In this document: positions 30,107-39,115 of the stretch, in pieces
Position numbering within the stretch: the first letter of the stretch is position 1
Layout: the number at the start of each line of letters is the position of its first letter
Assembly (NCBI GenBank): GCA_965221775.1
Contig: CBDCSU010000005.1
Location: 192,001 to 256,000, forward strand
DNA length: 64,000 bases
Source of the DNA: Candidatus Latescibacterota bacterium
GTDB taxonomy: Bacteria > Latescibacterota > UBA2968 > UBA8231
Reading direction: 5' to 3'
Notes under the pieces: generated by a model
What the model saw: the letters and a program-made list of their open reading frames with translations, nothing else
What the model was told of the DNA's origin: nothing
Databases searched by the model: none
Made by a program: the position numbers and the translations under genes

Positions 30107-31470
30107 GCATCCGGCCGCTCCTCTGTCTTGCCGCCCTGGGCGCCCTCCTCCACGCACGGCCGGACCCCGTGCGGGCCGCGGCCCCGGAAGGGGGCCCCGT
30201 GTATGGTCTCGACCAGTTGGTGGCCATGGCCCGCGAGGGCAGCCCGGATGTGGCCGCGGCGCGCTGGAACCTGCACGACGCCCGCGCGCAACTGCGCCAG
30301 GCCCGCGCCGCCCGTTTCCTGCCGCGGCTCCGCCTCGAGGGCTTCGGCGGCCTCGTCCCCGACGCCCGGGGCGATGTCTTCCATCCGCCGCGGGACACCT
30401 CCGGCGTGCGCCCCCTCGGTCCCTTCGTGCGCACCGAGCTCGAGTTCACCCAGCCCCTGTACACCTTCGGGCAGCTCTCCAGCCTGCGGACCGCCGCCGA
30501 GCACGGCCTGGAGGTCGAACGGGCCGCCTTCGAGGAGACCCGCCAGGGCCTCGTCCTCGAGGTCAAGGAGCTCTACTGGGGGATGCTCCTGGCCCGCGAC
30601 CTGGCGGCCCTCGCCCGGCGCCTGCGCCAGGAACTGGAGGACCGCGAGTCGGAGGTCGACCCCGACGACCCCGACCTCCCCCTGGGCGTGCCCTACCGCC
30701 TGCAGCTGGCCCTGCTGGAGCTCCGCGACCGCGAGGCCGAGCTGGAGGACCAGCTGCGCCTGGCGCGTTCGGCCCTGGCGTGGAAGGCGGGCCTTCCGGA
30801 GGACGAGCCCTTCGAGCTGGCCGAGACCCGGCTCGAGCCGGTGGGCGCCGAGGTGCCTCTCCTCGACGAGTTGCTGGGGCGGGCGCGCAGAGAGCGCCCG
30901 GACTGGCGCCGCCTGCGCGCCGGAGTGGCCGCCCGCCGGGCCCAGGAGCAGGCCGCGCGCAGCGCCGGGTACCCCCAGCTGTTCCTCGCCGGGGGCCTGC
31001 GCTACGCCGCGGCCCCGGGGCGGACGGATCAGCGGAACCCTTTCGTCAAGGACGAGTTCAACCTCTTCAGCGGGGCCGTCGTGCTGGGCCTGCGCCAGTC
31101 CTTCGAGATCGGCCTCATCGGCGCCGAGGTCGACCGGGCCCGGGCCCGGCGCATGCAGCTGGAGGCCCGGGAGCGCAGCGCCGCCCAGGGCATCCGCCTC
31201 GAGATCGACCAGGCCCTGAAGGAGTTCGAGGGGGCCCGGAGGGAGTTGGACTCGGCCCGGCGGGGCCGTGACCTGACGCGGGAGTGGCTGCGGATCGCGC
31301 GCGACGAGTACGACCTGGACCCGGCCCGGATCAAGGACCTGGTGAGCGCCTTCGAGGGCTTCGCCGACGCCGAGCAGACCTACCACGAAGCCGTGTACGA
31401 GCACAACGTGAGGCTCGCCGGCCTCGAGCGCGTCGTCGGCGCCGCCCTCGGCCCGGGGAGCCCGGAATGA
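30103..31470 (+). CDS. TolC-family outer membrane protein
   Basis: Signal peptide, LPRL, QPLYTFG, VKELYW, RPD, YPQL, helical coiled-coil repeats, LERVVG end. Confidence 0.85.
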   Translation: MSIRPLLCLAALGALLHARPDPVRAAAPEGGPVYGLDQLVAMAREGSPDVAAARWNLHDARAQLRQARAARFLPRLRLEGFGGLVPDARGDVFHPPRDTSGVRPLGPFVRTELEFTQPLYTFGQLSSLRTAAEHGLEVERAAFEETRQGLVLEVKELYWGMLLARDLAALARRLRQELEDRESEVDPDDPDLPLGVPYRLQLALLELRDREAELEDQLRLARSALAWKAGLPEDEPFELAETRLEPVGAEVPLLDELLGRARRERPDWRRLRAGVAARRAQEQAARSAGYPQLFLAGGLRYAAAPGRTDQRNPFVKDEFNLFSGAVVLGLRQSFEIGLIGAEVDRARARRMQLEARERSAAQGIRLEIDQALKEFEGARRELDSARRGRDLTREWLRIARDEYDLDPARIKDLVSAFEGFADAEQTYHEAVYEHNVRLAGLERVVGAALGPGSPE

Positions 31471-32738
31471 GGCTCCGGGGCCTCGCCTCGGGCCTGGTCT
31501 GGCTGGCCGCCACCGGCGCCGCCGGCGCCGCGGGGGAGGCCTGGCTGGCGGCCGAGGTGGAACGGCTGAACCTGGAGGGCCGCAGGGCTCCCGAGGCGGC
31601 GGCGGCGGCCTTCGTCGACCGCGCCGTGGACCTTCCCGGCTTCGCCGAGCTCTGCTTCGGCGACTACCTGGAGGACAGCCTCGCCGAGCTCGAGGGTCAC
31701 ATGACCCGCTCCGACTTCCGGGCCTACGTCGAAGCCCACCGCGGGCGGCTGCTGGAGTCGCTGCGGCAGCGGCTCGTCGACGACTTGGGACCCCGCCTCG
31801 CCGCCGGGCTGCCGGCCCTGGAGGCGGTCTCCTCCGAGTTCGACGGAGACACCGGCCGCGCCGAGATCACCGTCCCCGGAGGGGGGCCGCTCCGCTGCCA
31901 CCTGCGGCGCACGGAGGACGGCTGGCGCCTGCGCGACCTGCGCCTCCAGGACCGCCGCCTGAGCCGCATCTACCGGCGGCGGTTCGAGGACGTCCTCGAC
32001 CGCCGCGACTCCCCCGCCGTCCTCGAGGCCCGGCTCGCCGGCCGCGAGTACGTCGTCCTCGAGGACTTCTCCTTCTCCGAGCCGGGCGGCCTGCCCATGG
32101 GCTGGGGCTGGCGGGACCGGGACGACGACGCGGAGAAGCCCTACCGGGTGCGCCGGCACGGCCGCGACGCCTTCGTCGAGGCCCGGGTGTCGGACTCGTC
32201 GATCCTGATCCTGAGCCTGGCCCAGTGGAACCCGCGCCGGTATCCGATCCTGACCTGGTGCTGGCGGGCGGACCAGTTGCCGGAGGGCGGGGACGAGCGC
32301 TTCGGGGCCACCAACGACAGCGCCGCGGGTTTGTACGTGTTCTACTCGCTGACCTGGCTGGGCGCGCCCCGGCACGTCAAGTACGTGTGGAGCACGACCC
32401 TGCCCCTCGACACGGTGGGGCGCCGGAACCGCATCTTCCGTCCCTGGTACATCGTCGCCGAGAGCGGCGCCGAGAACCTGGGGCGGTGGACCTTCGAGAC
32501 CGCCGACCTCGAGCGCGACTACGGCCGCACCTACGGGGGCGACCCGAAGGACCGGACCGTGGGGCTCGGCCTGCTGACCGACGCCAACAACACCGGGACT
32601 CGGGCCGAGGCCTGTTACGGGGAGCTGCGCGCCTGGACCCGCCAGGCCTGGGAGCAGGGCCGCGTCGTCGACCACTGCGGCGGCCTCCGGGGCCCCCCCG
32701 CCCTCACCGGCTCCACCTCACGGGAGGTCACGCCATGA
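31467..32738 (+). CDS. Periplasmic fusion: MlaC-like N-domain plus DUF3047 C-domain
   Basis: Signal peptide; VDLPGFAELCFG and GWRLRDL (MlaC-like); YPILTWCWR, KYVWS, DLERDY, LLTDANNT (DUF3047-like). Confidence 0.7.
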   Translation: MRLRGLASGLVWLAATGAAGAAGEAWLAAEVERLNLEGRRAPEAAAAAFVDRAVDLPGFAELCFGDYLEDSLAELEGHMTRSDFRAYVEAHRGRLLESLRQRLVDDLGPRLAAGLPALEAVSSEFDGDTGRAEITVPGGGPLRCHLRRTEDGWRLRDLRLQDRRLSRIYRRRFEDVLDRRDSPAVLEARLAGREYVVLEDFSFSEPGGLPMGWGWRDRDDDAEKPYRVRRHGRDAFVEARVSDSSILILSLAQWNPRRYPILTWCWRADQLPEGGDERFGATNDSAAGLYVFYSLTWLGAPRHVKYVWSTTLPLDTVGRRNRIFRPWYIVAESGAENLGRWTFETADLERDYGRTYGGDPKDRTVGLGLLTDANNTGTRAEACYGELRAWTRQAWEQGRVVDHCGGLRGPPALTGSTSREVTP

Positions 32739-33349
32739 AGACCGTCATCTGCCTGCTCATGGCGCAGGCGCCCCTCGCCCTGCTCGCCGAGACGCCGCCC
32801 GCCGGCACGGCCACCGACTTCCTGCGGAGCCACGACGCCCGCGTGCGGGAGGTCGTCCTCGCCGGCCCGGACACCTTGTCCGGCGAAGACCGGACCCGGG
32901 TGCAGGACCTGATCGCCGAGGCCTTCGACTTCCGCGAGCTGGCGCGGCTCTCCCTCGGGGACCACTGGCGGGAACGCACCGCCGAGGAGCGCGGCGAGTT
33001 CGTGGACATCTTCCGCCGCATCATCGAGAGGCAGAACTTCGACCTCTTCGTGCGCTATCACCGGGAGGGACGGATCACCTACACCTCCGAGGAGGTCGAC
33101 GAGGAGGGGCGGGCGGTGGTCCTCGGCGAGGTGCCGCTGAAGCAGGAGACCCGGCGGATCGCCTACTACCTGCACCGGCCATCGACGGGGGCCGGGGGAG
33201 GCTGGCGCATCTACGACCTCGCCGTGGACGGGGCCGGCACGGCCGAGGCCAACCGCCGCACCTACACCCGCTACATCGGCCGCCACTCGTACCCGGCCCT
33301 CCTCGACGCCCTGCGCCGCAAGCTGGACCGGCTCGAAGGGCGGGGCTGA
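32735..33349 (+). CDS. MlaC/Ttg2D/HpnM-family periplasmic lipid-binding protein
   Basis: FDFRELARLSLGDHW, EFVDIF, WRIYDLAVDG, NRRTY. Confidence 0.85.
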   Translation: MKTVICLLMAQAPLALLAETPPAGTATDFLRSHDARVREVVLAGPDTLSGEDRTRVQDLIAEAFDFRELARLSLGDHWRERTAEERGEFVDIFRRIIERQNFDLFVRYHREGRITYTSEEVDEEGRAVVLGEVPLKQETRRIAYYLHRPSTGAGGGWRIYDLAVDGAGTAEANRRTYTRYIGRHSYPALLDALRRKLDRLEGRG

Positions 33350-33355
33350 GAGCCG

Positions 33356-35797
33356 GTGGTCAGCGGCGGGCGCATGCGGATCAGCTACGAGCGCATCGTC
33401 CACTACGTCTTCCATCACCACCTGGGGATCATCCTCGTCTCCCTTGTGGTCTCCCTCCTCGCCGGATCGCTGGCGGCGCGCCTGAAGATCAAGGCCGACT
33501 CGGCCGACCTGCTGCCGGACGACTACGTGAGCGTCCGCGAGCTGAACCGCATCAAGGAGCGCGTCGGCGGCGCCGCGCCGCTGATGGTGATCGTCACCGG
33601 CCACGACCTGGCGGCCTGCGTGGAGTTCATGCACGTCCTGGCCGACTCCCTCGAGGGCAGTCCGATGCTGAGCTCCATCGTGCGCGGGCGCATGGCCCAG
33701 GCCGACTTCCTGAGCCGCAACCGCCTGCTCTACATGGACTTGGCCGACCTGCGGGAGCTGGAGGCGCGGGTGGAGGAGCAGGTCGAGCTGGAGAAGCTGC
33801 GGCGGTCCCCCCTGTACATCGGCCTGGACGACGAGGAGGATCCCCTCGAGCTCGACGACCTGGAGGCCCGCTACGCCGGCGCCAGCGAGGGCTTTCACCG
33901 CGACTACTACCTGACCAAGGAGGGCAACGGCGTCATCCTGCGGGTCTACCCGGCGGGGGTGATCACCGACATGACCTTCAGCCGGCGCCTCCTGTCGGGC
34001 ATCCGCTCGACGATCGACGCCATCGATCCCCAGCGCTTCCACGCCAGCACCGAGGTCTCCTTCTCGGGCAGCTTCAACAACGCCTTCACCCAGTACGACG
34101 TGATCGTGCAGGACCTGCGGTCGACGGCGCTCTACGCCTTCCTCGGCGTCCTCCTGCTCATCTCCCTCTACTTCCGCCAGGTCCTGTCGCCGCTCTTCGT
34201 CGTCGTCCCCCTGCTCATGAGCCTGTCGTGGACCTTCGCCCTCACCTGGCTCGTCATCGGCAACCTCAACCAGATCACCGTCTGTCTCTTCGCCATCCTC
34301 TTCGGACTCGGCATCGACTTCGGCATCCACATCTTCGCCCGTTACCGCGAGGCCCGCCGCAGGGGGCTGGAGACCGAAGCCGCCCTCGTGGAGACGGTCT
34401 GCCAGACAGGCAGCGCCCTGACCACCACGGCGGTGACCACGGCGGTGGCCTTCTTCTCGCTGCTGTTCTCCGACTTCAAGGGGTTCAGCGAGTTCGGCTT
34501 CATCGTCGGCGTGGGGATCCTGTTCTCGCTGGTGGCCATGGTCGTCATCTGCCCGGCCTTCCTCGTCCTGGCCGAGAGACTGCGGCTGATCCGCCTGGGG
34601 CAGCCGGAGGTCCCCGGCCACCTGCTGCGGCGCGGCCGCTACCCCGTGCCCCACCTCACCATGATCCTGGCCGTGGCGGCCACGGGCTACTCGTTGCTGC
34701 ACCTGGCCGACCTGCGCTTCGAGTACGACTTCAAGAAGCTCCGTCCGGACACCTCCGCCGGGGGGCCGAAGGCGAGCCTGCCCGACGAGCTGAAGGAGAC
34801 TCGCGCGCCGGCCATCGTCCTCACCGAGAACGAGGAGCAGGCGATGGCGGTGGTGGCCGAGGTCGAGAGGCGGCGCGCCGCCCACGGCGACAGCTCCACC
34901 ATCCGCTCGGTGCGCAGCGTCTACTCCCTGCTGCCCGCCGATCAGGAGGAGAAGCTGGCCATCCTCGCCGGCCTGCGGCACACCCTGGAGGAGAACGAGG
35001 ACCTCCTCGACAGCGGCACCCGCGCCCGCGTCGACTCCCTGCGGCGTTACCTGGAGGTCTCCCGGCTGCGGCTGGAGGACCTGCCCGGGGAGATGACCAA
35101 GAGCTTCTCCGGCAAGAACGGCGAGATCCTCAGCTTCGTGCAGATCAACGCCGCCGTGCCCCTGCGCGACGGGCGCAACGCCATCGCCTTCGCCCGGCAG
35201 ATCAAGGAGATCGAGACGCCCGGCGGCGGCACCTTCTTCGCCTCGAGCGCCCACATCATCTTCGCCGAGATGCTGGAGCTGATGCTCGACGACGCCGTCA
35301 AGGCGGTGGCCGTCTCGCTCATCGCCGTCACCCTGGTGCTGCTCATCGACCTGGGCAGTCTCGGGCGGAGCCTGCTCGTCCTCACGCCCCTGCTCACGGC
35401 GCTGGCCTGGGTCACGGGGTTGATGTACGTCTTCGATTTCAAGGTCAACATCTACAACATGGTCGCCTTCCCCACGATCATCGGCATGGGGATCGACAAC
35501 GCCGTGCACATGTTCCACCGCTACCGCGAGGCCGGCCCGGGATCGATGCGCCTCGTGCTGCGCACGACGGGCACGGTGCTGATGGCCACGACGCTGACGA
35601 CCATGGTCGGCTTCGCCGGCCTCGTGCCCGCCCATCACCCGGCCCTCTACTGGGTCGGCGCGGTCACGCTTCTGGGACTGGGATCCTGCTTCGTCTCAGC
35701 CGTCACCTTGTTGCCGGCGCTGCTGCAGATGCTCGAGGGGCCAAGAGAAACGGCCCGCCCCGGGAAGGCGGGGCTGCCTTCGGGGACGGGCCGCTGA
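33356..35797 (+). CDS. MMPL/RND lipid exporter (HpnN-like)
   Basis: Two RND TM repeats with GLGIDFGIH and GMGIDNAVH; FKGFSEFG; large periplasmic loops; start GTG 33356 or ATG 33374. Confidence 0.9.
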   Translation: MVSGGRMRISYERIVHYVFHHHLGIILVSLVVSLLAGSLAARLKIKADSADLLPDDYVSVRELNRIKERVGGAAPLMVIVTGHDLAACVEFMHVLADSLEGSPMLSSIVRGRMAQADFLSRNRLLYMDLADLRELEARVEEQVELEKLRRSPLYIGLDDEEDPLELDDLEARYAGASEGFHRDYYLTKEGNGVILRVYPAGVITDMTFSRRLLSGIRSTIDAIDPQRFHASTEVSFSGSFNNAFTQYDVIVQDLRSTALYAFLGVLLLISLYFRQVLSPLFVVVPLLMSLSWTFALTWLVIGNLNQITVCLFAILFGLGIDFGIHIFARYREARRRGLETEAALVETVCQTGSALTTTAVTTAVAFFSLLFSDFKGFSEFGFIVGVGILFSLVAMVVICPAFLVLAERLRLIRLGQPEVPGHLLRRGRYPVPHLTMILAVAATGYSLLHLADLRFEYDFKKLRPDTSAGGPKASLPDELKETRAPAIVLTENEEQAMAVVAEVERRRAAHGDSSTIRSVRSVYSLLPADQEEKLAILAGLRHTLEENEDLLDSGTRARVDSLRRYLEVSRLRLEDLPGEMTKSFSGKNGEILSFVQINAAVPLRDGRNAIAFARQIKEIETPGGGTFFASSAHIIFAEMLELMLDDAVKAVAVSLIAVTLVLLIDLGSLGRSLLVLTPLLTALAWVTGLMYVFDFKVNIYNMVAFPTIIGMGIDNAVHMFHRYREAGPGSMRLVLRTTGTVLMATTLTTMVGFAGLVPAHHPALYWVGAVTLLGLGSCFVSAVTLLPALLQMLEGPRETARPGKAGLPSGTGR
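35743..35793 (-). terminator. Probable intrinsic terminator of tRNA-Gly, embedded in the MMPL 3' end
   Basis: CGGCCCG/CGGGCCG, CCCC/GGGG and GAAGGC/GCCTTC stems, followed by TTTCTCTT on the minus strand. Confidence 0.55.
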
Positions 35798-35802
35798 TTC
35801 GG

Positions 35803-35878
35803 TGGAGCGGGAGACGAGACTCGAACTCGCGACAACCACGTTGGCAACGTGGGGCTCTACCAACTGAGCTACTCCCGC
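35803..35878 (-). tRNA. tRNA-Gly (GCC)
   Basis: GCGGGAGTAGCTCAGTTGGTAGAGC...CCACG-TTGCCAA-CGTGG...GAGTTCGAGTCTC...TCCCGCTCCA; 76 nt with encoded CCA. Confidence 0.97.
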
Positions 35879-35891
35879 GATCGGGAGGAGG

Positions 35892-35921
35892 AATATAGAG
35901 AGTGGAAAAAAAGAGCGTCAA
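35892..35921 (-). promoter_or_regulatory. sigma70 promoter for tRNA-Gly
   Basis: TTGACG-18 nt-TATATT; overlaps the start of the divergent CDS. Confidence 0.65.
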
Positions 35922-38900
35922 GGCCGTGGGCGCCGCCTGCATCGCCCTGGCGGCAGGGCTCGGCTGCGGCGGCGACGGCGGCCGCGTCCTGCCGCCGCAG
36001 GCGCGCTGGCACAACAACCAGGGCGTCGTCTACATGGACCAGCACAACTACGTCCGGGGCCGCGAGCACTTCGAGGAGGCCGCCCGGCTCGCCCCGGGTT
36101 ACGCCACGGCCCGCGCCAATCTCGGCATCGCCCTCTACAGCCTGGGGAAGTACGACAGCGCCCGCGTCGCCCTGGGCCAGGCCCTGGAGCGCGACGGCGG
36201 TCACCTGCACGCCCTCTACACCCTGGGCCTCATCGACCACGCCCAGGGTCGTGACTACGCCGCCGCCCTCGACCGCTTCCGGAAGGTGGCCGCCCGCGAC
36301 GGCGAGGACCCCCTCGTGTGGTACTTCCTCGGCCGGACCCATGCCAAGGTCGGCCGGGCGGACTCCGCGGTGGCCGCCTACGAGCGCGCCATCGCCCTGG
36401 ACCCCACCCACCTGTCGGCCCACTACGCCCTCGCCCAGGAGCTGCGCCAGCAGGGCGACCTGGAGGCCTGGCGGCGGACCCTGGACCGCTTCGACCAGCT
36501 GAGCCGGGCCGGCGTCGAGGGCGTCTCCTCCGCCTACCAGGGTCAGGGCAAGTACGCCGAGGCCCTGGCCGAGGGCCGCTTCGGAGGCGGCGGCGCCGGA
36601 AGCGGCGGCGGCCTGCGCTTCCGGGCGGCGGCGGACCTGGCCGCCGGTGAAGGTCCCCTGCTCTTCCTCACCCCCGTCGACGCCGACGGCGACGGGGACG
36701 CCGACGTGGTGGCCGGCACCGGCCGCGGGCCGCTGCTGCTGAACAACGGCGACGACGGCCTCCTGGCGGGCGCGGCCTGGGACCTCGAAGGGGTTCCGGC
36801 GGCCCGGGGCCTGGTCTTCGCCGACGTCGATGACGACGGCGACGCCGACGCCGCCTGGTCCGGCGACGGTCTGCGCCTCCTCCGGCAGGACGAGGGCGGG
36901 CGCTTCCGGCTCTCGGACGAGTCCCTGGCGCCGGCCCCGGGGACGGCGCTCTTCGGGGATGTCGATCACGACGGCGACGCCGACCTGATCGCCGCCGGTC
37001 CCGGCCTGGTCCTGTGGGCCAACGACGGCACGGGAGCCTTCGCCGACGCCACCGCCGCCGCCCGCCTGGCCGTCCCCGGCGTCGAGGCGGCTGTCCTGTC
37101 CGACTTCGACGACGACCGCGACGTCGACATCCTCGCCGGGGGCCGGTCCCTCGGCCTCTACGGCAACAACCGCGACGGCACCTTCACCGACGCGGCCGGC
37201 CGCCGGGGCCTGGAAGCGGGCGGGGTCACCGGCCTCGCCGTGGCCGACCTCGACCCGGACGGGCGCATGGACGTGCTGGTGGTGACCGCCGACGGCGCCC
37301 GCCTGCACGCCAACCGCGGCACCGCCTTCGAGGCGGTCCCGGTGCCGGCTCCGGACGGCGCCCGCCAGGTCCTGCCCGCCGACTTCGACAACGACGGCGA
37401 CCTCGACCTGCTGTGGGTCGGTCCCGAGGGCGCCCGGACCGCCGTTGGCCAGGGCTCCGACTTCCAGCCCGCGGGCGCGGATCTCGGACCGGGGCCGTGG
37501 GCCATCCTCGACGCCGACAGCGACGGCCGCCTCGACGTGCTCGCCGGCCGCAAGAGGTGGCTCAACGACAGCGACGCCGGGAACTGGCTCGCCGTCGACC
37601 TGTCGGGCCGCAACAGCAACCCCGACGGCTTCGGCGCCAAGGTGGTGGTCTCCACCGCCCTCGGTCAGCAGAAGCGGGAGCTGCGCGGCGGCGCCGGGGA
37701 CCCGCCGCTGCTGCACTTCGGCCTGGCCGGGTCCGACTCGGTGGAGTTCGTCAGCGTCCTCTGGCCCAGCGGCGTGCGTCAGACCGAGCTGGCCTCCGCC
37801 GCCGGCCGGCGCCTGGAGCTGATGGAGCTCGACCGCAAGGGCACCTCCTGCCCCGTCCTCTACGCCTGGGACGGCAGCGGCTTCGGCTTCGTCTCCGACT
37901 TCCTCGGAGGCGCCATCATCGGCTACCTGACCGCCCCCGGGCAGTACTACACGCCGGACACGGACGAGTACCTCCCCCTGCGCCGCCTGGAGGCCAAGGA
38001 CGGGAGCTACGTGCTGCAGGTGGCCAACCAGCTCGAGGAGATCGTCTACCTCGACGCCGCGGAACTGGTCGCCGTCGACCACCCCGCCGGCCTGCGCCTG
38101 GAGCCGAACGAGCGCCTGTTGTCCGCACCCCCCTACCCCCCCTTCCGGACCTATGCCGTGTCGCGGACCCGCCCGCTGGCGAGCGCGCGCGACGGCGAGG
38201 GCCGCGACGCGGGGGCGGAGCTGGCCCGCATCGACGACATCTGGTACGAGGGGTTCGCGCGCAGCGACATCCACGGCTACGCCGGCGAGTCCACCCTGAT
38301 CCTGGATCTGGGCGACTTGAGGGACTGGCCGCACCCGGTCCTGCTGGCCCACGGCTGGGTCGACTACGCCCATTCCAGCAGCAACTGGGCAGCTTCCCAG
38401 CGCGGCCTGGGGCGGGCGCCGCCGCGGCTGGAGGTCGACCACGGCGAGGGCTGGCGCCTGGCGACCGCCGACATGGGCACCCCCGCCGGACTGCCGAAGA
38501 CGATGCTCGTCGATCTGGACGGGCTCTTCCCGGCCGGCACGGAGACGGCGCGTCTGCGCATCACCACCCGGGCCTGCGTCTACTGGGACCAGTTCCTCCT
38601 CGGGCAGGCGGAGCCGGAGGCGCCGCGCCGCGTCCACCGGCGCCGGTTCGAGGCCGACCTGCACTGGCGCGGTTACCCCGCCCACGAGTCGGTCCGCGGC
38701 ACCTTCGCCTTCCGCTACCACTACGAGCGGCTGCGCACCGAGGCCCTCTGGGGGACCCACGCCGGCGCCTTCACGCGCCACGGCGACGTGACCGAGCTGG
38801 TGGCCGCCGTGGACGACCGCTTCGCCATCCTGCGCCACGGCGACGAGCTGACCCTCGAGGTCGAAGCCGGCGCCTTCCCGCCGGTGCCGGCGGGCTGGGA

Positions 38901-39102
38901 GCGGACCTTCCTGCTCTACGCCGACGGCTTCGGCAAGGACATGGACTTCCACTCCGCCCACTCCCTCACCGTCGAGCCCCTGCCTTTCCACGGCATGTCC
39001 CGCTACCCCTACGGCCCGGACGAGAGCTACCCCGCCACGCCGGAGCACGTGCGCTACGTGCTCGACTACAACACGAGATGGGTGAAGGGCTACTACCGCT
39101 AG
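35902..39102 (+). CDS. Lipoprotein with TPR, FG-GAP/VCBS repeats, ASPIC/UnbV domain and an uncharacterised C-terminal domain (CRTAC1-like)
   Basis: Lipobox GLGC, TPR helices, many DxDxDGxxD motifs, SNPDGFGAKV...LHFGL...WPSG, SCPVLYAWDG. Confidence 0.85.
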   Translation: MEKKSVKAVGAACIALAAGLGCGGDGGRVLPPQARWHNNQGVVYMDQHNYVRGREHFEEAARLAPGYATARANLGIALYSLGKYDSARVALGQALERDGGHLHALYTLGLIDHAQGRDYAAALDRFRKVAARDGEDPLVWYFLGRTHAKVGRADSAVAAYERAIALDPTHLSAHYALAQELRQQGDLEAWRRTLDRFDQLSRAGVEGVSSAYQGQGKYAEALAEGRFGGGGAGSGGGLRFRAAADLAAGEGPLLFLTPVDADGDGDADVVAGTGRGPLLLNNGDDGLLAGAAWDLEGVPAARGLVFADVDDDGDADAAWSGDGLRLLRQDEGGRFRLSDESLAPAPGTALFGDVDHDGDADLIAAGPGLVLWANDGTGAFADATAAARLAVPGVEAAVLSDFDDDRDVDILAGGRSLGLYGNNRDGTFTDAAGRRGLEAGGVTGLAVADLDPDGRMDVLVVTADGARLHANRGTAFEAVPVPAPDGARQVLPADFDNDGDLDLLWVGPEGARTAVGQGSDFQPAGADLGPGPWAILDADSDGRLDVLAGRKRWLNDSDAGNWLAVDLSGRNSNPDGFGAKVVVSTALGQQKRELRGGAGDPPLLHFGLAGSDSVEFVSVLWPSGVRQTELASAAGRRLELMELDRKGTSCPVLYAWDGSGFGFVSDFLGGAIIGYLTAPGQYYTPDTDEYLPLRRLEAKDGSYVLQVANQLEEIVYLDAAELVAVDHPAGLRLEPNERLLSAPPYPPFRTYAVSRTRPLASARDGEGRDAGAELARIDDIWYEGFARSDIHGYAGESTLILDLGDLRDWPHPVLLAHGWVDYAHSSSNWAASQRGLGRAPPRLEVDHGEGWRLATADMGTPAGLPKTMLVDLDGLFPAGTETARLRITTRACVYWDQFLLGQAEPEAPRRVHRRRFEADLHWRGYPAHESVRGTFAFRYHYERLRTEALWGTHAGAFTRHGDVTELVAAVDDRFAILRHGDELTLEVEAGAFPPVPAGWERTFLLYADGFGKDMDFHSAHSLTVEPLPFHGMSRYPYGPDESYPATPEHVRYVLDYNTRWVKGYYR

Positions 39103-39115
39103 GGGAGCTGCGCGG

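Noticed and set aside
26577-32738. Long N-terminal extensions on ORF-track entries suggesting fusions or frameshifts in the lipid operon
   Set aside because: The extensions are off-frame, low-complexity R/P/G/A translations; true starts are at the stop/start overlaps
25955-35878. Lipid operon as a genomic island integrated at the tRNA-Gly 3' end
   Set aside because: I saw no integrase, no duplicated tRNA 3' end and no evident compositional shift
36660-37560. Repeated gacggcgac-like DNA motifs as a repeat array or CRISPR
   Set aside because: They encode FG-GAP DxDxDG protein motifs; there is no constant repeat-spacer period and no cas genes
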